Assembly: GCA_046704665.1 (NCBI GenBank)
Contig: JBJKRJ010000007.1
Location: forward strand, 3,024 to 67,023
Origin: Thermoplasmata archaeon
GTDB taxonomy: Archaea > Thermoplasmatota > Thermoplasmata > Lutacidiplasmatales > UBA184
Direction of reading: 5' to 3'
Length of the DNA: 64,000 bases
Shown: one piece after another, positions 9,333-22,261 of the stretch
Layout: every line of letters starts with the position of its first letter
Numbering within the stretch: position 1 is the stretch's first letter
Program-made: the position numbers and the translations under genes
Notes under the pieces: model-generated
The model's database searches: none
Seen by the model: only the letters and a program-made list of their open reading frames with translations
Told to the model about the DNA's origin: nothing

Positions 9333-9547
9333 CCCGCACGCGGCGCCGACGGCGTCGTGCGACGTCGCGGGAACCCTAGGGCCTCCGACCCGCGCGGATT
9401 TTGCCGGCACCGGCCCCGGCTCGGGATGTCGTCCCCCCCCGGCCGGGTTCCCCCGGGGACCCGGAGGTCCCGGATTCGGGGGTCCTCTCCCTCTTCATTT
9501 TAAGCCGCAAAGGCCGGCGGGGGGCTCGAGAGTCCCATCCTCCCAAG

Positions 9548-10708
9548 ATGACGCGTGCTCCCCTGGGCCGCAACGTGGTGGACGATGTCTCCTTCGGGGC
9601 CATCGTCAAGATCCGCGACCAGCTGCTCGAAATGCAACGCAAGGGCGTCAACGTCTATCGGCTCGAGTCCGGCGACCCCTCGTTCGCGGTCGAGGACCAT
9701 GTGGTCCGAGGCATGGAAGATGCCTTGGAGCAGGGCAAGACCCACTACACCGAGTCGACGGGTATCCGAGAGCTCCGGGAGGCGATCGCGCAGGAGCTGA
9801 GGGATCGCAACGGCATCCGGGACGCCACCCCCGACAACGTCCTGGTCACGAACGGGGGGATGAACGCGCTCTACGTCGCCTTCCGATCGCTCGTGAGTCC
9901 GGGCGACCGCATCCTGATTCCGGATCCGATGTGGACGGAGATCGCCGAGATCGTGAAGCTGGCGGGCGGAGTGCCGGTCCCTCTGCCGGTCGAGGAGTAC
10001 CCGGACCGCCTCCCGGAACATGGAGGGGAGGACCGCCTCAAGGGCGTCTTCCTGAACTCTCCCCACAACCCCACCGGGAAGGTCTTCGAAGCGTCCGAGA
10101 TCCGGAGGATCATCGAGTTCGCCTCCGCCCACCGCCTGTTCCTGATCAGCGATGAGGCCTACCAGGACGTGATCTTCGATGGCCGGCGGGCCTTCAGTCC
10201 GGGCTCCGAGTACGAGAACACGGTCTCGCTGTTCTCGATGTCGAAGACGTACGCGATGAGCGGCCTACGGGTCGGCTACGTCCACGCCCGAGATCCCGTG
10301 CTTCTGGAGCGGATGAAGAAGATGCTCCGGGTCACCATCAACGGAGTGAACTCGGTCGCCCAGTACGGGGCGCTCGCGGCACTTCGGGGCTCGCAGGAGT
10401 GGGTGCGCCGGATGCGGCAGGAGTACCAGACGCGGCGGGACCTGATCTACCACGCCGTGAAGGAATCCCCGTACCTTGAGCCGAGGTACCCCGAGGGGGC
10501 GTTCTACCTCTGGTGCCGGATCCGAAAGTATCCCGAGGGGGTCTCGGACCCCGCGGGGATGGCGGAGTACATCCTACGCCGGACCGGCGTGGGCTCCGTC
10601 CCGGGTCCCGTCTTCGGGAACGCGGGCAAGGACTCGCTCCGGTTCGCCTTCAGTGCCGGTACGGAGAAGGTCCGGGTGGCCTCCGAGCTCCTGAGGGCTC
10701 TCGCGTAG
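9548..10708 (+). CDS. PLP-dependent aminotransferase class I/II (aspartate aminotransferase-like)
   Basis: NSPHNPTG, ISDEAY, SMSKTYAMSGLRVG. Confidence 0.92.
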   Translation: MTRAPLGRNVVDDVSFGAIVKIRDQLLEMQRKGVNVYRLESGDPSFAVEDHVVRGMEDALEQGKTHYTESTGIRELREAIAQELRDRNGIRDATPDNVLVTNGGMNALYVAFRSLVSPGDRILIPDPMWTEIAEIVKLAGGVPVPLPVEEYPDRLPEHGGEDRLKGVFLNSPHNPTGKVFEASEIRRIIEFASAHRLFLISDEAYQDVIFDGRRAFSPGSEYENTVSLFSMSKTYAMSGLRVGYVHARDPVLLERMKKMLRVTINGVNSVAQYGALAALRGSQEWVRRMRQEYQTRRDLIYHAVKESPYLEPRYPEGAFYLWCRIRKYPEGVSDPAGMAEYILRRTGVGSVPGPVFGNAGKDSLRFAFSAGTEKVRVASELLRALA

Positions 10709-10792
10709 CCTCTCGCGACGCCCCGAGGTCCGGCCGGGGCCGGGCCCACCGATCCCGTGAGGTCGGAAGATCGGGCGCGCGAGTCCCGTCCC

Positions 10793-11218
10793 TCACTTCT
10801 GAACCATCACCTTGCAGGAGGCGTGATGGATCACGGCCTCGGAGACGCTGCCGAGGAGGAGCCCTCGGAACGTCGACTGGCCCCGCGAACCGACGATCAC
10901 GAGGTCGGGACGGCTCGTCTTGAGGAACCGGAGGATCTCGGGGACGACACCCCCCGCGCGGACCTCGACCGAGACCCTCGCGACCCGGGCCCGGCGGGCT
11001 CGGGCGGCCGCCTTTTCGGCCAGGGCCCGGTACGCCTCGACCTGGCGCTTCTCGACCCGGACCGGTACACCGGGGGCCTCGCCCACATCCGGATGGATGG
11101 GTGCGATCGAAAGGACGACCAGGCTCGAGCCGAACTGCCGGGCGATCTCGATCCCGTCCTCCAGCGCACGGTCGGAGTACTTCGAACCGTCGTAGGCGAC
11201 CACGACTTTGGCGAACAC
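10793..11218 (-). CDS. Universal stress protein (UspA family)
   Basis: VVVAYDGS ... DLVIVGSRG ... LLLGSVSEAV. Confidence 0.92.
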   Translation of the reverse strand: MFAKVVVAYDGSKYSDRALEDGIEIARQFGSSLVVLSIAPIHPDVGEAPGVPVRVEKRQVEAYRALAEKAAARARRARVARVSVEVRAGGVVPEILRFLKTSRPDLVIVGSRGQSTFRGLLLGSVSEAVIHHASCKVMVQK

Positions 11219-11347
11219 GGAGCCCCCCTCGGAGGAGCGGCGAGGTACCCCATGGGACTAGCGTCGGGCGGTCTTGACAAACCCCCGGACCACAGGGGAG
11301 GGAGGGGGCGGGACCGCGCGATGATCGAACCCCCGTTCCGGGCCGGA

Positions 11348-12291
11348 TCAGGGGGTCGAGGGCGTGCCCGTCTGCCCCCTCCCGAAGATCCGTGGTCCGG
11401 CCGGCACGTCGAGGTCGAGGAGGTACGCCGGCTCTCGGGGCGCGAAGACGACCGGTCGGTCGATGGCCAGTAGGGTCTCCGTGGACGATAGTTGATCGAG
11501 CGCCACCGGGACCGACTGGAGGTCGAGCGAGAGATGGAGCCGCGCGCCCGGCCCGGCGTCCCCCCGGTAGTACCGGCACCGCGTGAGGGGCCCGAGACGG
11601 AGCGCGCTCGCCACCTCGAGAGAACCCTCCGGCGCGAGGACCTGCCCACGCGCGAGCTCGTCGGCCTCGACTCCCTTGAGGGCCAGGCCGACCCGCTCCC
11701 CCACCACCGCCTCCTTGCGATCGACGTCGTGGACCTGAACCGAACGGATCTCCACGACCTTCGGGGTGGGGAACAGACGGAGTCGGTCGTGGGCTCGCAG
11801 GGTGCCCCGACGCACGACACCGAGCGCGACGGCCCCGACGCCCTTCACGGGGAACGCATGGTCGATCGGCACCCGGACGGGCCCTTCCCGAGGCGGGTCG
11901 ACCCAGCTCTCGACGAGCTCTCGGAGGTGGGGGAGATCGAGCGGGACGCGGGGAGCGTCGGCCAGGCGCCCGCCCTTCAGCACCCGGGCGATCTCGGTGT
12001 CCCCGACACCCGGACCGACGACCACGGTCGTGGGGACCTCCGTGAGCTCGAGGACGGCGATCGTCTCTGCGACGGGTCGGGAGAGCTCGGGGACCACGAG
12101 CAGGCATCGGTCGGCCATCGCGACCGCGGTGAGGAGCGGGGGGATCTTCTCGGGGAACTGCGTGGGCTCGACGATCGTGACCGCGTGCTCGTCGTGGACC
12201 AGGTTGAAGAGCGTGAGGTCGGAGGCGGTCCCCTTCTTTCCTAGCTCCTTCGCGATTTCGGCGGCTCCGAGGAGGGCGACCGTGACCCCCG

Positions 12292-12295
<4 letters not shown>
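11348..12295 (-). CDS. Archaeal SelB-like / EF-Tu domain-2 protein (aSelBL, MJ0495-like)
   Basis: KELGKKGTASDLTLFN (degenerate G domain), IDHAFPVKGVGAVALG, IRSVQVHDVD, GERVGLALKG; ATG overlaps the clpB stop (ATGA). Confidence 0.85.
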
Positions 12296-14901
<2,606 letters not shown>

Positions 14902-14928
14902 AGAACAGCCATCATCCGGGCGAGCCGA

Positions 14929-14934
14929 TTTAAG
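14929..14934. promoter_or_regulatory. Candidate shared TATA element (TTTAAG / CTTAAA) for divergent clpB and pyrD
   Basis: Main AT-rich hexamer in a 56-bp gap, about 24-28 nt from both start codons (leaderless spacing). Confidence 0.55.
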
Positions 14935-14957
14935 CGCACCACCTGTCCGCCACCGTC

Positions 14958-15875
14958 GTGGCGGACCTATCCGTACAGTTCGCCGGCCTGGCGCTCCGGA
15001 ACCCGTTCCTCCTCGCCTCCGGGATCTGGGGGGAGAGCGGGGACTCCCTCGTCGGAGCGTGGGCGGCCGGCGCCGGTGGGGTGATCACGAAGTCGATCGG
15101 TTCGGTACCCCGCCCGGGATACCCGAACCCGACGATCGAAACGTACGAGCGATGGGGTCTCCTCAACGCGATGGGACTCCCGAACCCCGGGATCGAGGAG
15201 TATCCGCGAGAGATCGAGGTCGCCCGGGCCGCGGGTGCCACGATCGTGGGTTCGGTCTTTGCGGGCAACGCCGGCGAGTTCGCGCGGCTCGCCGCCCGGA
15301 TGGCGTCGACCGGGGTGGTGGCCATCGAGCTCAACCTGAGCTGCCCCCACGCGGAAGGGTTCGGCACGGAGGTCGGGAGCGACCCGGAGGAGGTCGAGCA
15401 GGTGGTCCGGGCCGTCGTCCAGGCGGTCCGGGTCCCCGTGATCGCGAAGATCACGCCGAACACCTCCGACCCGGCGGCGCTCGCCAAGGCGGCCGAGCAC
15501 GGCGGAGCCTCCGCGATCAGCGCGATCAACACGCTGCGCGCGCTCGCGATCGACGTGCGCCTGCGCCGCCCCGTGCTCTCCCACGGACTGGGGGGTCTCA
15601 GCGGCTCGGCGATCAAGCCGGTCGGGCTCGCCTGCGTCTGGCAGATCTACGAGGCGGTCTCGATCCCGGTGATCGGGGTCGGTGGGATCATGAGCGCGCA
15701 GGACGCGCTCGAGTACGTGATGGCCGGCGCCCGCGCGGTCGAGGTGGGGACCGCCATCGCGTTCGAAGGTGTCGGGGTCTTCGGGACGCTGACCCGGGAG
15801 CTCTCGGCCCTCCTCGACGAGCTCGGCTACGCCGGGCTCGAGGAGGCGGTCGGCGCGGCCCATCCCACGCGCTGA
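14958..15875 (+). CDS. pyrD: Dihydroorotate dehydrogenase 1B, catalytic subunit
   Basis: LASGI, ITKS, NAMGLPNPG, ELNLSCPH, AKITPN, GGLSG..IKP. Confidence 0.95.
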   Translation: MADLSVQFAGLALRNPFLLASGIWGESGDSLVGAWAAGAGGVITKSIGSVPRPGYPNPTIETYERWGLLNAMGLPNPGIEEYPREIEVARAAGATIVGSVFAGNAGEFARLAARMASTGVVAIELNLSCPHAEGFGTEVGSDPEEVEQVVRAVVQAVRVPVIAKITPNTSDPAALAKAAEHGGASAISAINTLRALAIDVRLRRPVLSHGLGGLSGSAIKPVGLACVWQIYEAVSIPVIGVGGIMSAQDALEYVMAGARAVEVGTAIAFEGVGVFGTLTRELSALLDELGYAGLEEAVGAAHPTR

Positions 15876-15934
15876 TGCGCCGAGTCCGAACTCTCCCGGC
15901 GAGGGGCTATATCGGCGCCCCGCTAGCCCGCGTC

Positions 15935-16711
15935 GTGCGGACGGTCGTCCGGGTCACGGAGCGGGCGGAGGAGACCCCCTCCACCGTCACCTTACGGTTC
16001 CCGTACGCTCCGGTGGCCGAGCCCGGTCAGTTCGTGATGACCTGGGTCCCGGGCGACGATGAGCTCCCGATGTCGCTCTCCTACACCGACGGTCCCTCGA
16101 AGGGGATCACGGTGAAGACCATGGGGGCGACCAGCCATCGACTCCAGGCGATCGGACCCGGTACCCTTCTGGGGATACGAGGTCCGTACGGGAACCGCTT
16201 CGCCGTCTCTCCCCGAAGCGTCCTCGTGGTCGCCGGAGGCTCGGGAGCCGCGGTGCTCGCGCCGGCCGCCGAACGCGCCCGGGGCCGCGGCAGCGAGGTC
16301 GTGGTCGCCCTCGGAGCGACCCGGTCCTCCGAGCTCCTCTTTCGCGACCGCTTCCTCCGGATGGGCGCCCGGGTCGAAGTGGCGACCGATGATGGTTCCG
16401 AGGGGCTCCACGGCTTCGTCACCTCGGTCGCGGAACGCCTCCTGGGCACGGAGGAGTTCGAGGCGGTGTGGACCTGCGGACCCGAGATCATGATGCGGAA
16501 GGTCGTCGCCGCCGCGACGGCCCAGGGGGTGAGGGTCTACGGCTCGATGGAACGCCACATGAAGTGTGCCCTTGGGATGTGCGATGCCTGCGCCTTCGGT
16601 CCCTACCATGTCTGTACGGACGGGCCGGTCTTCTCCGGCGACCAGCTCGGCCGGGTGGCCGATTTTGGGAACTTCCACCGGGACCCGACGGGCCGCCGGG
16701 TGCCGTTCTGA
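15935..16711 (+). CDS. pyrK: Dihydroorotate dehydrogenase electron transfer subunit
   Basis: PGQFVM, GPYGN, VAGGSG, TDDGS, CGP, MKCALGMCDAC...C.DGPVF; start GTG 15935 (TATA-like at about 15908) or ATG 15875. Confidence 0.92.
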   Translation: MRTVVRVTERAEETPSTVTLRFPYAPVAEPGQFVMTWVPGDDELPMSLSYTDGPSKGITVKTMGATSHRLQAIGPGTLLGIRGPYGNRFAVSPRSVLVVAGGSGAAVLAPAAERARGRGSEVVVALGATRSSELLFRDRFLRMGARVEVATDDGSEGLHGFVTSVAERLLGTEEFEAVWTCGPEIMMRKVVAAATAQGVRVYGSMERHMKCALGMCDACAFGPYHVCTDGPVFSGDQLGRVADFGNFHRDPTGRRVPF

Positions 16712-16813
16712 GCGCGACGCAGAACCGTCGCCCACCGTTCGTCATCCGCCGGTTCGCTTGCGCGCTCCACCAACTTTATCGTCCACCCATTCTACAAGAC
16801 CGCGGAGACATCG

Positions 16814-18448
16814 TTGAAGGTCATCGTAGTGAGCGGCGGCGTGATCTCGGGCCTCGGGAAAGGGATCACGACCTCCTCCCTGGGTCGCCTCCTGAAGGCG
16901 CGCGGGATCGCGGTCACCATCCTCAAGATCGACCCGTACCTGAACGTCGACGCGGGGACGATGAACCCGTACCAGCACGGGGAGGTCTTCGTGCTGGACG
17001 ACGGCACCGAGGTCGATCTCGATCTCGGGAACTACGAGCGGTTCCTGGGCCAGAACCTCGGAGGAACGCACAACGTCACGACCGGCAAGATCTACCGTTC
17101 GGTCATCGAGAAGGAGCGCCGCGGGGACTATCTCGGCAACACCGTGCAGATCATACCCCACGTCACCGGGGAGATCAAGCGGACGATCCGCGAGGTGGGC
17201 CAGGCCGCCGGGGCCGACGTCGTCCTGGTGGAGGTGGGAGGCACCGTCGGCGACATCGAGTCGATGCCGTTCCTGGAAGCGCTTCGGGAGCTTTCCTACG
17301 AGCTCGGCGAGGGGCACATGGCGTTCGTCCACACGACCCTGGTGCCCGTCGTGGGCCCGGTCGGGGAGGCGAAGACGAAGCCGACCCAACACTCGGTCCG
17401 CGAGCTCCGTGCGATCGGGATTCGTCCGAACCTCATCATCACGCGCGGCCCCCTGCCTCTTTCGCCCGACATCAAGGCCAAGATCTCGCTCTTCTGCGAC
17501 GTCCCGCCGGAGGCGGTGATCTCCATCCCGGATCAACCGGTGATCTACGAGGTGCCCCTCGTCCTCGAGGCTCAGGGCGTGGGAACGCTCCTGACGCGGC
17601 TCCTCGGGCTCCCCGAGCGCGCGCCGGACTTCACCACCTGGAAGGAGTTCCTCGCGACGTACCGTCGGGGGCACGGCGCGATCGAGGTCGCCATCGTCGG
17701 GAAGTACACGGAGCTACGGGATGCCTACCTCTCCCACTCGGAGGCGTTCCATCACTGCCAGGGCCACCTGGGCGTGGACATCCGGCTCCAGTGGTACGAC
17801 TCCGAGGACATCCCACGGAACCCTCACCTTCTCTCCCGGATCGAGCGCGCGGACGCGGTCCTGGTCCCGGGCGGGTTCGGCACCCGGGGGGTCGAGGGGA
17901 AGGTCCGCTCGATCGAGATCGCCCGGACGCAAGGAATCCCGTACCTCGGGGTCTGTTATGGGTTCCAGATGGCCGCGGTCGAGTTCGCGCGCAACGTGCT
18001 CGCCCTTCCTCAGGCGAACACGACCGAGGTCGAGCCCGAGTCCCCCGACCCGGTCGTCTGTCTCCTCGAGGACCAGCGATCGGTCGCCGACCTCGGGGGG
18101 ACGATGCGCCTCGGGGCCCAGCGCGTCGTGCTCACCGCGGGGTCGAAGATCGCGCAGATCTACGGGAAGACCGAGATCTGGGAGCGGCACCGGCACCGCT
18201 ACGAGATCAACCCACGGTACCTCGACCGGTTCCGCGCGGCCGGGCTCGTCGTCACCGGCACCTCGGTCGACGGGCGGGTCGAGGTCTTCGAGGCCCCTTC
18301 TCACCCCTTCTTTGTCGGGGTCCAGTACCACCCCGAGTTCCTCTCTCGTCCGGAGTCGCCGCACCCGCTCTATCTGGCCCTCGTGCGCGCGGCCCTCGCC
18401 CGCAAGGAGGTCGCTCACCCTGTCGGCGCCCCGACGGCTCTCGCGTGA
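16814..18448 (+). CDS. pyrG: CTP synthase
   Basis: GGVISGLGKG, KIDPYLNVDAGTM, KTKPTQHSV, GVCYGFQ, ERHRHRYE, QYHPEF; TTG start. Confidence 0.97.
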   Translation: MKVIVVSGGVISGLGKGITTSSLGRLLKARGIAVTILKIDPYLNVDAGTMNPYQHGEVFVLDDGTEVDLDLGNYERFLGQNLGGTHNVTTGKIYRSVIEKERRGDYLGNTVQIIPHVTGEIKRTIREVGQAAGADVVLVEVGGTVGDIESMPFLEALRELSYELGEGHMAFVHTTLVPVVGPVGEAKTKPTQHSVRELRAIGIRPNLIITRGPLPLSPDIKAKISLFCDVPPEAVISIPDQPVIYEVPLVLEAQGVGTLLTRLLGLPERAPDFTTWKEFLATYRRGHGAIEVAIVGKYTELRDAYLSHSEAFHHCQGHLGVDIRLQWYDSEDIPRNPHLLSRIERADAVLVPGGFGTRGVEGKVRSIEIARTQGIPYLGVCYGFQMAAVEFARNVLALPQANTTEVEPESPDPVVCLLEDQRSVADLGGTMRLGAQRVVLTAGSKIAQIYGKTEIWERHRHRYEINPRYLDRFRAAGLVVTGTSVDGRVEVFEAPSHPFFVGVQYHPEFLSRPESPHPLYLALVRAALARKEVAHPVGAPTALA

Positions 18449-19730
18449 GCTCCGGGAGCGGGACGGCGAGCGCGTCCGCGTCGCGGGTCACTTCGAGGAG
18501 TACCGGGCCCTGGGCGGGGTCGCCTTCGCGATCCTCCGGGACGGCAGCGGGTCGACCCAGGTCACGCTGAAGAAGGGGAGCGCGGACCCGTCCTGGTTCC
18601 CGCTCTTCGAAGAGCTTCCCCGCGAGTCGGTCGTCGAGGTCGAAGGGACCGTCCACCGCTCGGCGAAGACCCGACGGGGGGTCGAGGTCGAGCCGTCCGA
18701 CGTGCGGGTCATCGCGCGCGCCGAGGTGCCGCTCCCCCTCGGGATCGTCGACAAGGTCGGTGCCGAGCTCGGAACGCGTCTTGATCACCGGGTCCTCGAC
18801 CTGCGCAAGCCGACCGTGCGGGCGATCTTCGAGCTTCGTACGAGCCTCCTCGCCGGCTTCCGGGCCAGCTTCCTGAACCAGGGCTTCCTCGAGGTCGAGA
18901 CGCCGAAGATCCTGCGCCAGGGCGCCGAGGGAGGCGCGACGCTCTTCCCGGTCGAGTACTTCGAGACCCGGGGCTACCTCGCGCAGAGCCCCCAGCTCTA
19001 CAAGCAGATGCTGATCGGGGCGGGGTTCGAGCGGGTCTTCGAGATCGCGCCCGCGTTCCGCGCCGAACCGTCGGACACGGTCCGCCACCTGACCGAGTTC
19101 ACCAGCCTCGATGCCGAGATCGGGTACATTGACGGCGCGGACGATGTCCGGAAGGTCATCGAACAGCTCCTGGTCGACACGCTGGGCCACGTGCGCGAGG
19201 ACCTCGCCTCCCGGGAGAACCCGTTCGCCGATCGAATCCCCCTGCCGAAGCCGCCGTTTCCCCGGATCCCGTTCCAGGTGTGCGAGGAGTGGCTCGGCCG
19301 ACCGGGCGCGGAACAGGACCTCGGTACCGAGGACGAGAAGGCGATCGGGGAACGGGCGGTTCGGGAGTACGGCTCCCCCTTCTACTTCCTGACCGACTTC
19401 CCCACGTCCGTGAAGTCGCATACCTTCTACGCCCAGCGCCAGGACGCCGACCCCCGTCTCACCGGGTACTTCGACCTCGATTACCAGGGCCTCGAGCTCC
19501 TGAGCGGAGGACCGCGGGAGCACCGGATCGACCGGCTCCTGGAGAACATCCGCACGGCGGGCCTCGACCCGAAGAGCTTCACCGGCTACCTCGAGGCGTT
19601 CCGGTACGGGATGCCTCCGCACGGGGGCTGGGGGATGGGCCTGGACCGCGTCGTGCAGGTGCTCGCAGGGCTCTCCAATATACGGGAGGCCCGCCTCTTC
19701 CCTCGGGACCGCTATCGCCTGGACCCGTAG
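18420..19730 (+). CDS. aspS: Aspartyl-tRNA synthetase (archaeal type); probable CTG start
   Basis: OB fold (ILRDGSG..QV), RLDHRVLDLR, LAQSPQLYKQ, FRAE, GMPPHGGWGMGLDR, LFPRD; GGAGGT Shine-Dalgarno upstream of CTG 18420. Confidence 0.93.
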   Translation: MSAPRRLSRELRERDGERVRVAGHFEEYRALGGVAFAILRDGSGSTQVTLKKGSADPSWFPLFEELPRESVVEVEGTVHRSAKTRRGVEVEPSDVRVIARAEVPLPLGIVDKVGAELGTRLDHRVLDLRKPTVRAIFELRTSLLAGFRASFLNQGFLEVETPKILRQGAEGGATLFPVEYFETRGYLAQSPQLYKQMLIGAGFERVFEIAPAFRAEPSDTVRHLTEFTSLDAEIGYIDGADDVRKVIEQLLVDTLGHVREDLASRENPFADRIPLPKPPFPRIPFQVCEEWLGRPGAEQDLGTEDEKAIGERAVREYGSPFYFLTDFPTSVKSHTFYAQRQDADPRLTGYFDLDYQGLELLSGGPREHRIDRLLENIRTAGLDPKSFTGYLEAFRYGMPPHGGWGMGLDRVVQVLAGLSNIREARLFPRDRYRLDP

Positions 19731-19744
19731 AGGAGATCACGATC

Positions 19745-21862
19745 ATGGTCGCGGCACGGAGGAGCCTCCCCGCACCCCCCGAGCTCCAGAGCCGGTGGGC
19801 TGCGGTGCTCGAAGAGGCCGGGCTCCGCCCCCGGATCCTTCAGGTGCACGACCGCTTCCCGGAGGAGCGCTCGCTCGAGGTCCCGTTCTCCGCGGTGGAC
19901 GCGGTCGATACGGCGCTCGCCGACCTTCTCCTGGAACGTCCCGATGAGGTCCTGGGCGCCGGCGTCCGGGCCATGCGGGAGCTTCTGCCCGTGGCGGGTC
20001 CCGAGGCGGACGGCCTGCGTCTCCGCGTGATCGGCCTCCCGTCGACCGCCCGTCGCACGATCCGGGGGATCCGGGAGACGGATCTCAACCGATTCCTGGC
20101 GCTGGACGGGATCGTCCGTCGGGTCAGCGAGGTCCGTCCCCAGATCCGGGATGCGGTCTTCGAATGCGTCGCCTGCCGCACGAAGTTCCACGAGCCGCAG
20201 GATGAGGCATCCCTGGTGTTCCGCGAACCGCTCGAGTGCCCGGAGTCCCAGGGAGGCTGCGGAAAGACCCAGGGCCGCACCCGCTTCCGCCTCGTCACGG
20301 AGGAGTCGACCTATGTGGACGCCCAACGGATCGAGATCCAGGAGCATCCGGAGCAGCTGCGCCACGGCGCGCACCCGCAGGGGCTCTCGGTCCTCCTCAC
20401 CGAGGACCTTACCGGCAAGGTCCTGCCCGGCAACCGGATCGTCCTCAACGGCGTCCTCAAGAGCTTCCAGCGGGCGAGCGCCTCCCGCGGCGGGGTCATC
20501 CGCAACACGACCTTCGATCTGATGGTCCTCGGAAGCTCGATCGAGTCGAAGGTTCGCGAGTACGAGGAGATAGAGATCTCGCCCGAGGAGGTAGCGCTCA
20601 TCGAGAAGTTCCGGGGCGATCCCACGGTCGTCGACAAGATCGTCCTCTCGCTGGCCCCGACCATCAAGGGCATGGAGGAAGAGAAGGAGGCGATCGCGCT
20701 CCAGCTCTTCGGGGGGGTCGAGAAGCGGCACGCCGACGGCGTCCGCGTGCGGGGGGACATCCACTGCCTGATCGTCGGGGACCCGGGCACCGCCAAGAGC
20801 CAGTTGCTCCGGTATGTCGCGGATGTCGCGCCCCGGGGGATCTACACCAGCGGCAAGGGAGCGACGGCCGCGGGGCTCACGGCCGCCGCGGTGAAAGACG
20901 ATTTTGCCGGAGGTCGCTGGGTGCTCGAGGCCGGCATGCTCGTCCTGGCCGACGGAGGCATGGCCGTGATCGACGAGCTCGACAAGATGAGCGCCGAGGA
21001 CCGATCGGCCATGCACGAGGTGCTGGAGCAGCAGACGTGCAGCATCGCGAAGGCCGGCATCACCTCGACCCTCAACGCGCGATGCCCGGTGCTCGCCGCC
21101 GCCAATCCGAAGTGGGGCCGGTTCTCGAGCGACCGATCGATCTCCGAACAGCTCGACCTTCCTCCGACCCTGCTCTCCCGGTTCGATGTGATCTTCTCGA
21201 TCAAGGACCTGCCCGACGCCGAGAGGGACCGCAAGCTCGCCTCGCGCATCCTCGCCTCCCATCGGGACGTCGAGAAGGAGTCCCGGGAAGGCAGCCGCCC
21301 GGGGTTCGAGCTCTCTCCGTTCTCCCCCGACCTCCTGAAGAAGTACATCGCCTACGCCCGGAAGAACCTCAAACCGTCGCTCTCCCAGGAGGCGCTCGAC
21401 GAGCTCGAGAACTTCTACGTGCGGGTACGGAGGCAGGGCGAGGAACCGAACTCCCCGGTGCCCATCACCGCGCGGCAGCTCGAGGCGCTCGTCCGCATGA
21501 GCGAGGCCGCCGCGCGTGCCCGCCTGTCTCCCGTGGTCGAGACCGAGGACGCGCGCCGGGCGATCCACATCATGGAGGCGTTCCTCAAGCGGGTCTCGAT
21601 GACCGAGGAAGGAAAGCTCGACATCGACCTCGCGCAGTCGGGGGTCAGCCACAGCCAGCGCGAACGTCTCGACATGGTGATGCGGATCATGCGGGACCTC
21701 CAGGACGAGCACGGCGGCTTCTTCACGATGGAGCAGTACCGCGCGGCCGCGGAAAAGGCCAGCATCGCGATCCCCAAGGCGGAAGCGCTCCTCCAGTCCC
21801 TGCGCAATCAAGGGGAGATCATCGAGGCCCGCCCCAACCAGCTCCAGTTGGTCCGGTTCTGA
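19745..21862 (+). CDS. mcm: MCM replicative helicase
   Basis: Zn finger CVAC...C..C, GDPGTAKSQ, IDELDKM, AAANP, LLSRFD, ITARQLEALVR. Confidence 0.96.
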   Translation: MVAARRSLPAPPELQSRWAAVLEEAGLRPRILQVHDRFPEERSLEVPFSAVDAVDTALADLLLERPDEVLGAGVRAMRELLPVAGPEADGLRLRVIGLPSTARRTIRGIRETDLNRFLALDGIVRRVSEVRPQIRDAVFECVACRTKFHEPQDEASLVFREPLECPESQGGCGKTQGRTRFRLVTEESTYVDAQRIEIQEHPEQLRHGAHPQGLSVLLTEDLTGKVLPGNRIVLNGVLKSFQRASASRGGVIRNTTFDLMVLGSSIESKVREYEEIEISPEEVALIEKFRGDPTVVDKIVLSLAPTIKGMEEEKEAIALQLFGGVEKRHADGVRVRGDIHCLIVGDPGTAKSQLLRYVADVAPRGIYTSGKGATAAGLTAAAVKDDFAGGRWVLEAGMLVLADGGMAVIDELDKMSAEDRSAMHEVLEQQTCSIAKAGITSTLNARCPVLAAANPKWGRFSSDRSISEQLDLPPTLLSRFDVIFSIKDLPDAERDRKLASRILASHRDVEKESREGSRPGFELSPFSPDLLKKYIAYARKNLKPSLSQEALDELENFYVRVRRQGEEPNSPVPITARQLEALVRMSEAAARARLSPVVETEDARRAIHIMEAFLKRVSMTEEGKLDIDLAQSGVSHSQRERLDMVMRIMRDLQDEHGGFFTMEQYRAAAEKASIAIPKAEALLQSLRNQGEIIEARPNQLQLVRF

Positions 21863-21924
21863 GAGGGCGCGACGAGAGGCGCTTTATCCACTACGCTTCC
21901 TAGGTCTCCCGGGAGGAGCCTCGC

Positions 21925-22242
21925 ATGACGGACGACGGTTTCGTGATGCGGGTCCACAAGGTGCGGACGGAGTTCGTCGTCGCGGCCTGCGATGCGGAGC
22001 TGGTCGGCCGCGACCTCCCGGTCGGCGATGCGGGACGCACGGTCCGGGTCTCGTCCCAGTTCTACGGGGAGCGGAAGGTCTCGGCCGAAGAGCTCCTCTG
22101 GGCACTCGAACGGGCCACGATCGCGAACCTCCTGGGAGCGAGGGTGCTCCGGCTCGCGGAGGAGGGCGGCTACCTCGCGCCGGGGGCCGCCGGGAGCCTC
22201 GGTGGCGTGCCCCATGCCGAGATCTTCTCGGTGGTCAGCTGA
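21925..22242 (+). CDS. DUF424 family protein
   Basis: VVAACDAELVG ... V...FYG ... ATIANLLG. Confidence 0.85.
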   Translation: MTDDGFVMRVHKVRTEFVVAACDAELVGRDLPVGDAGRTVRVSSQFYGERKVSAEELLWALERATIANLLGARVLRLAEEGGYLAPGAAGSLGGVPHAEIFSVVS

Positions 22243-22261
22243 CCCCAAGGGAGGGTCGGAC

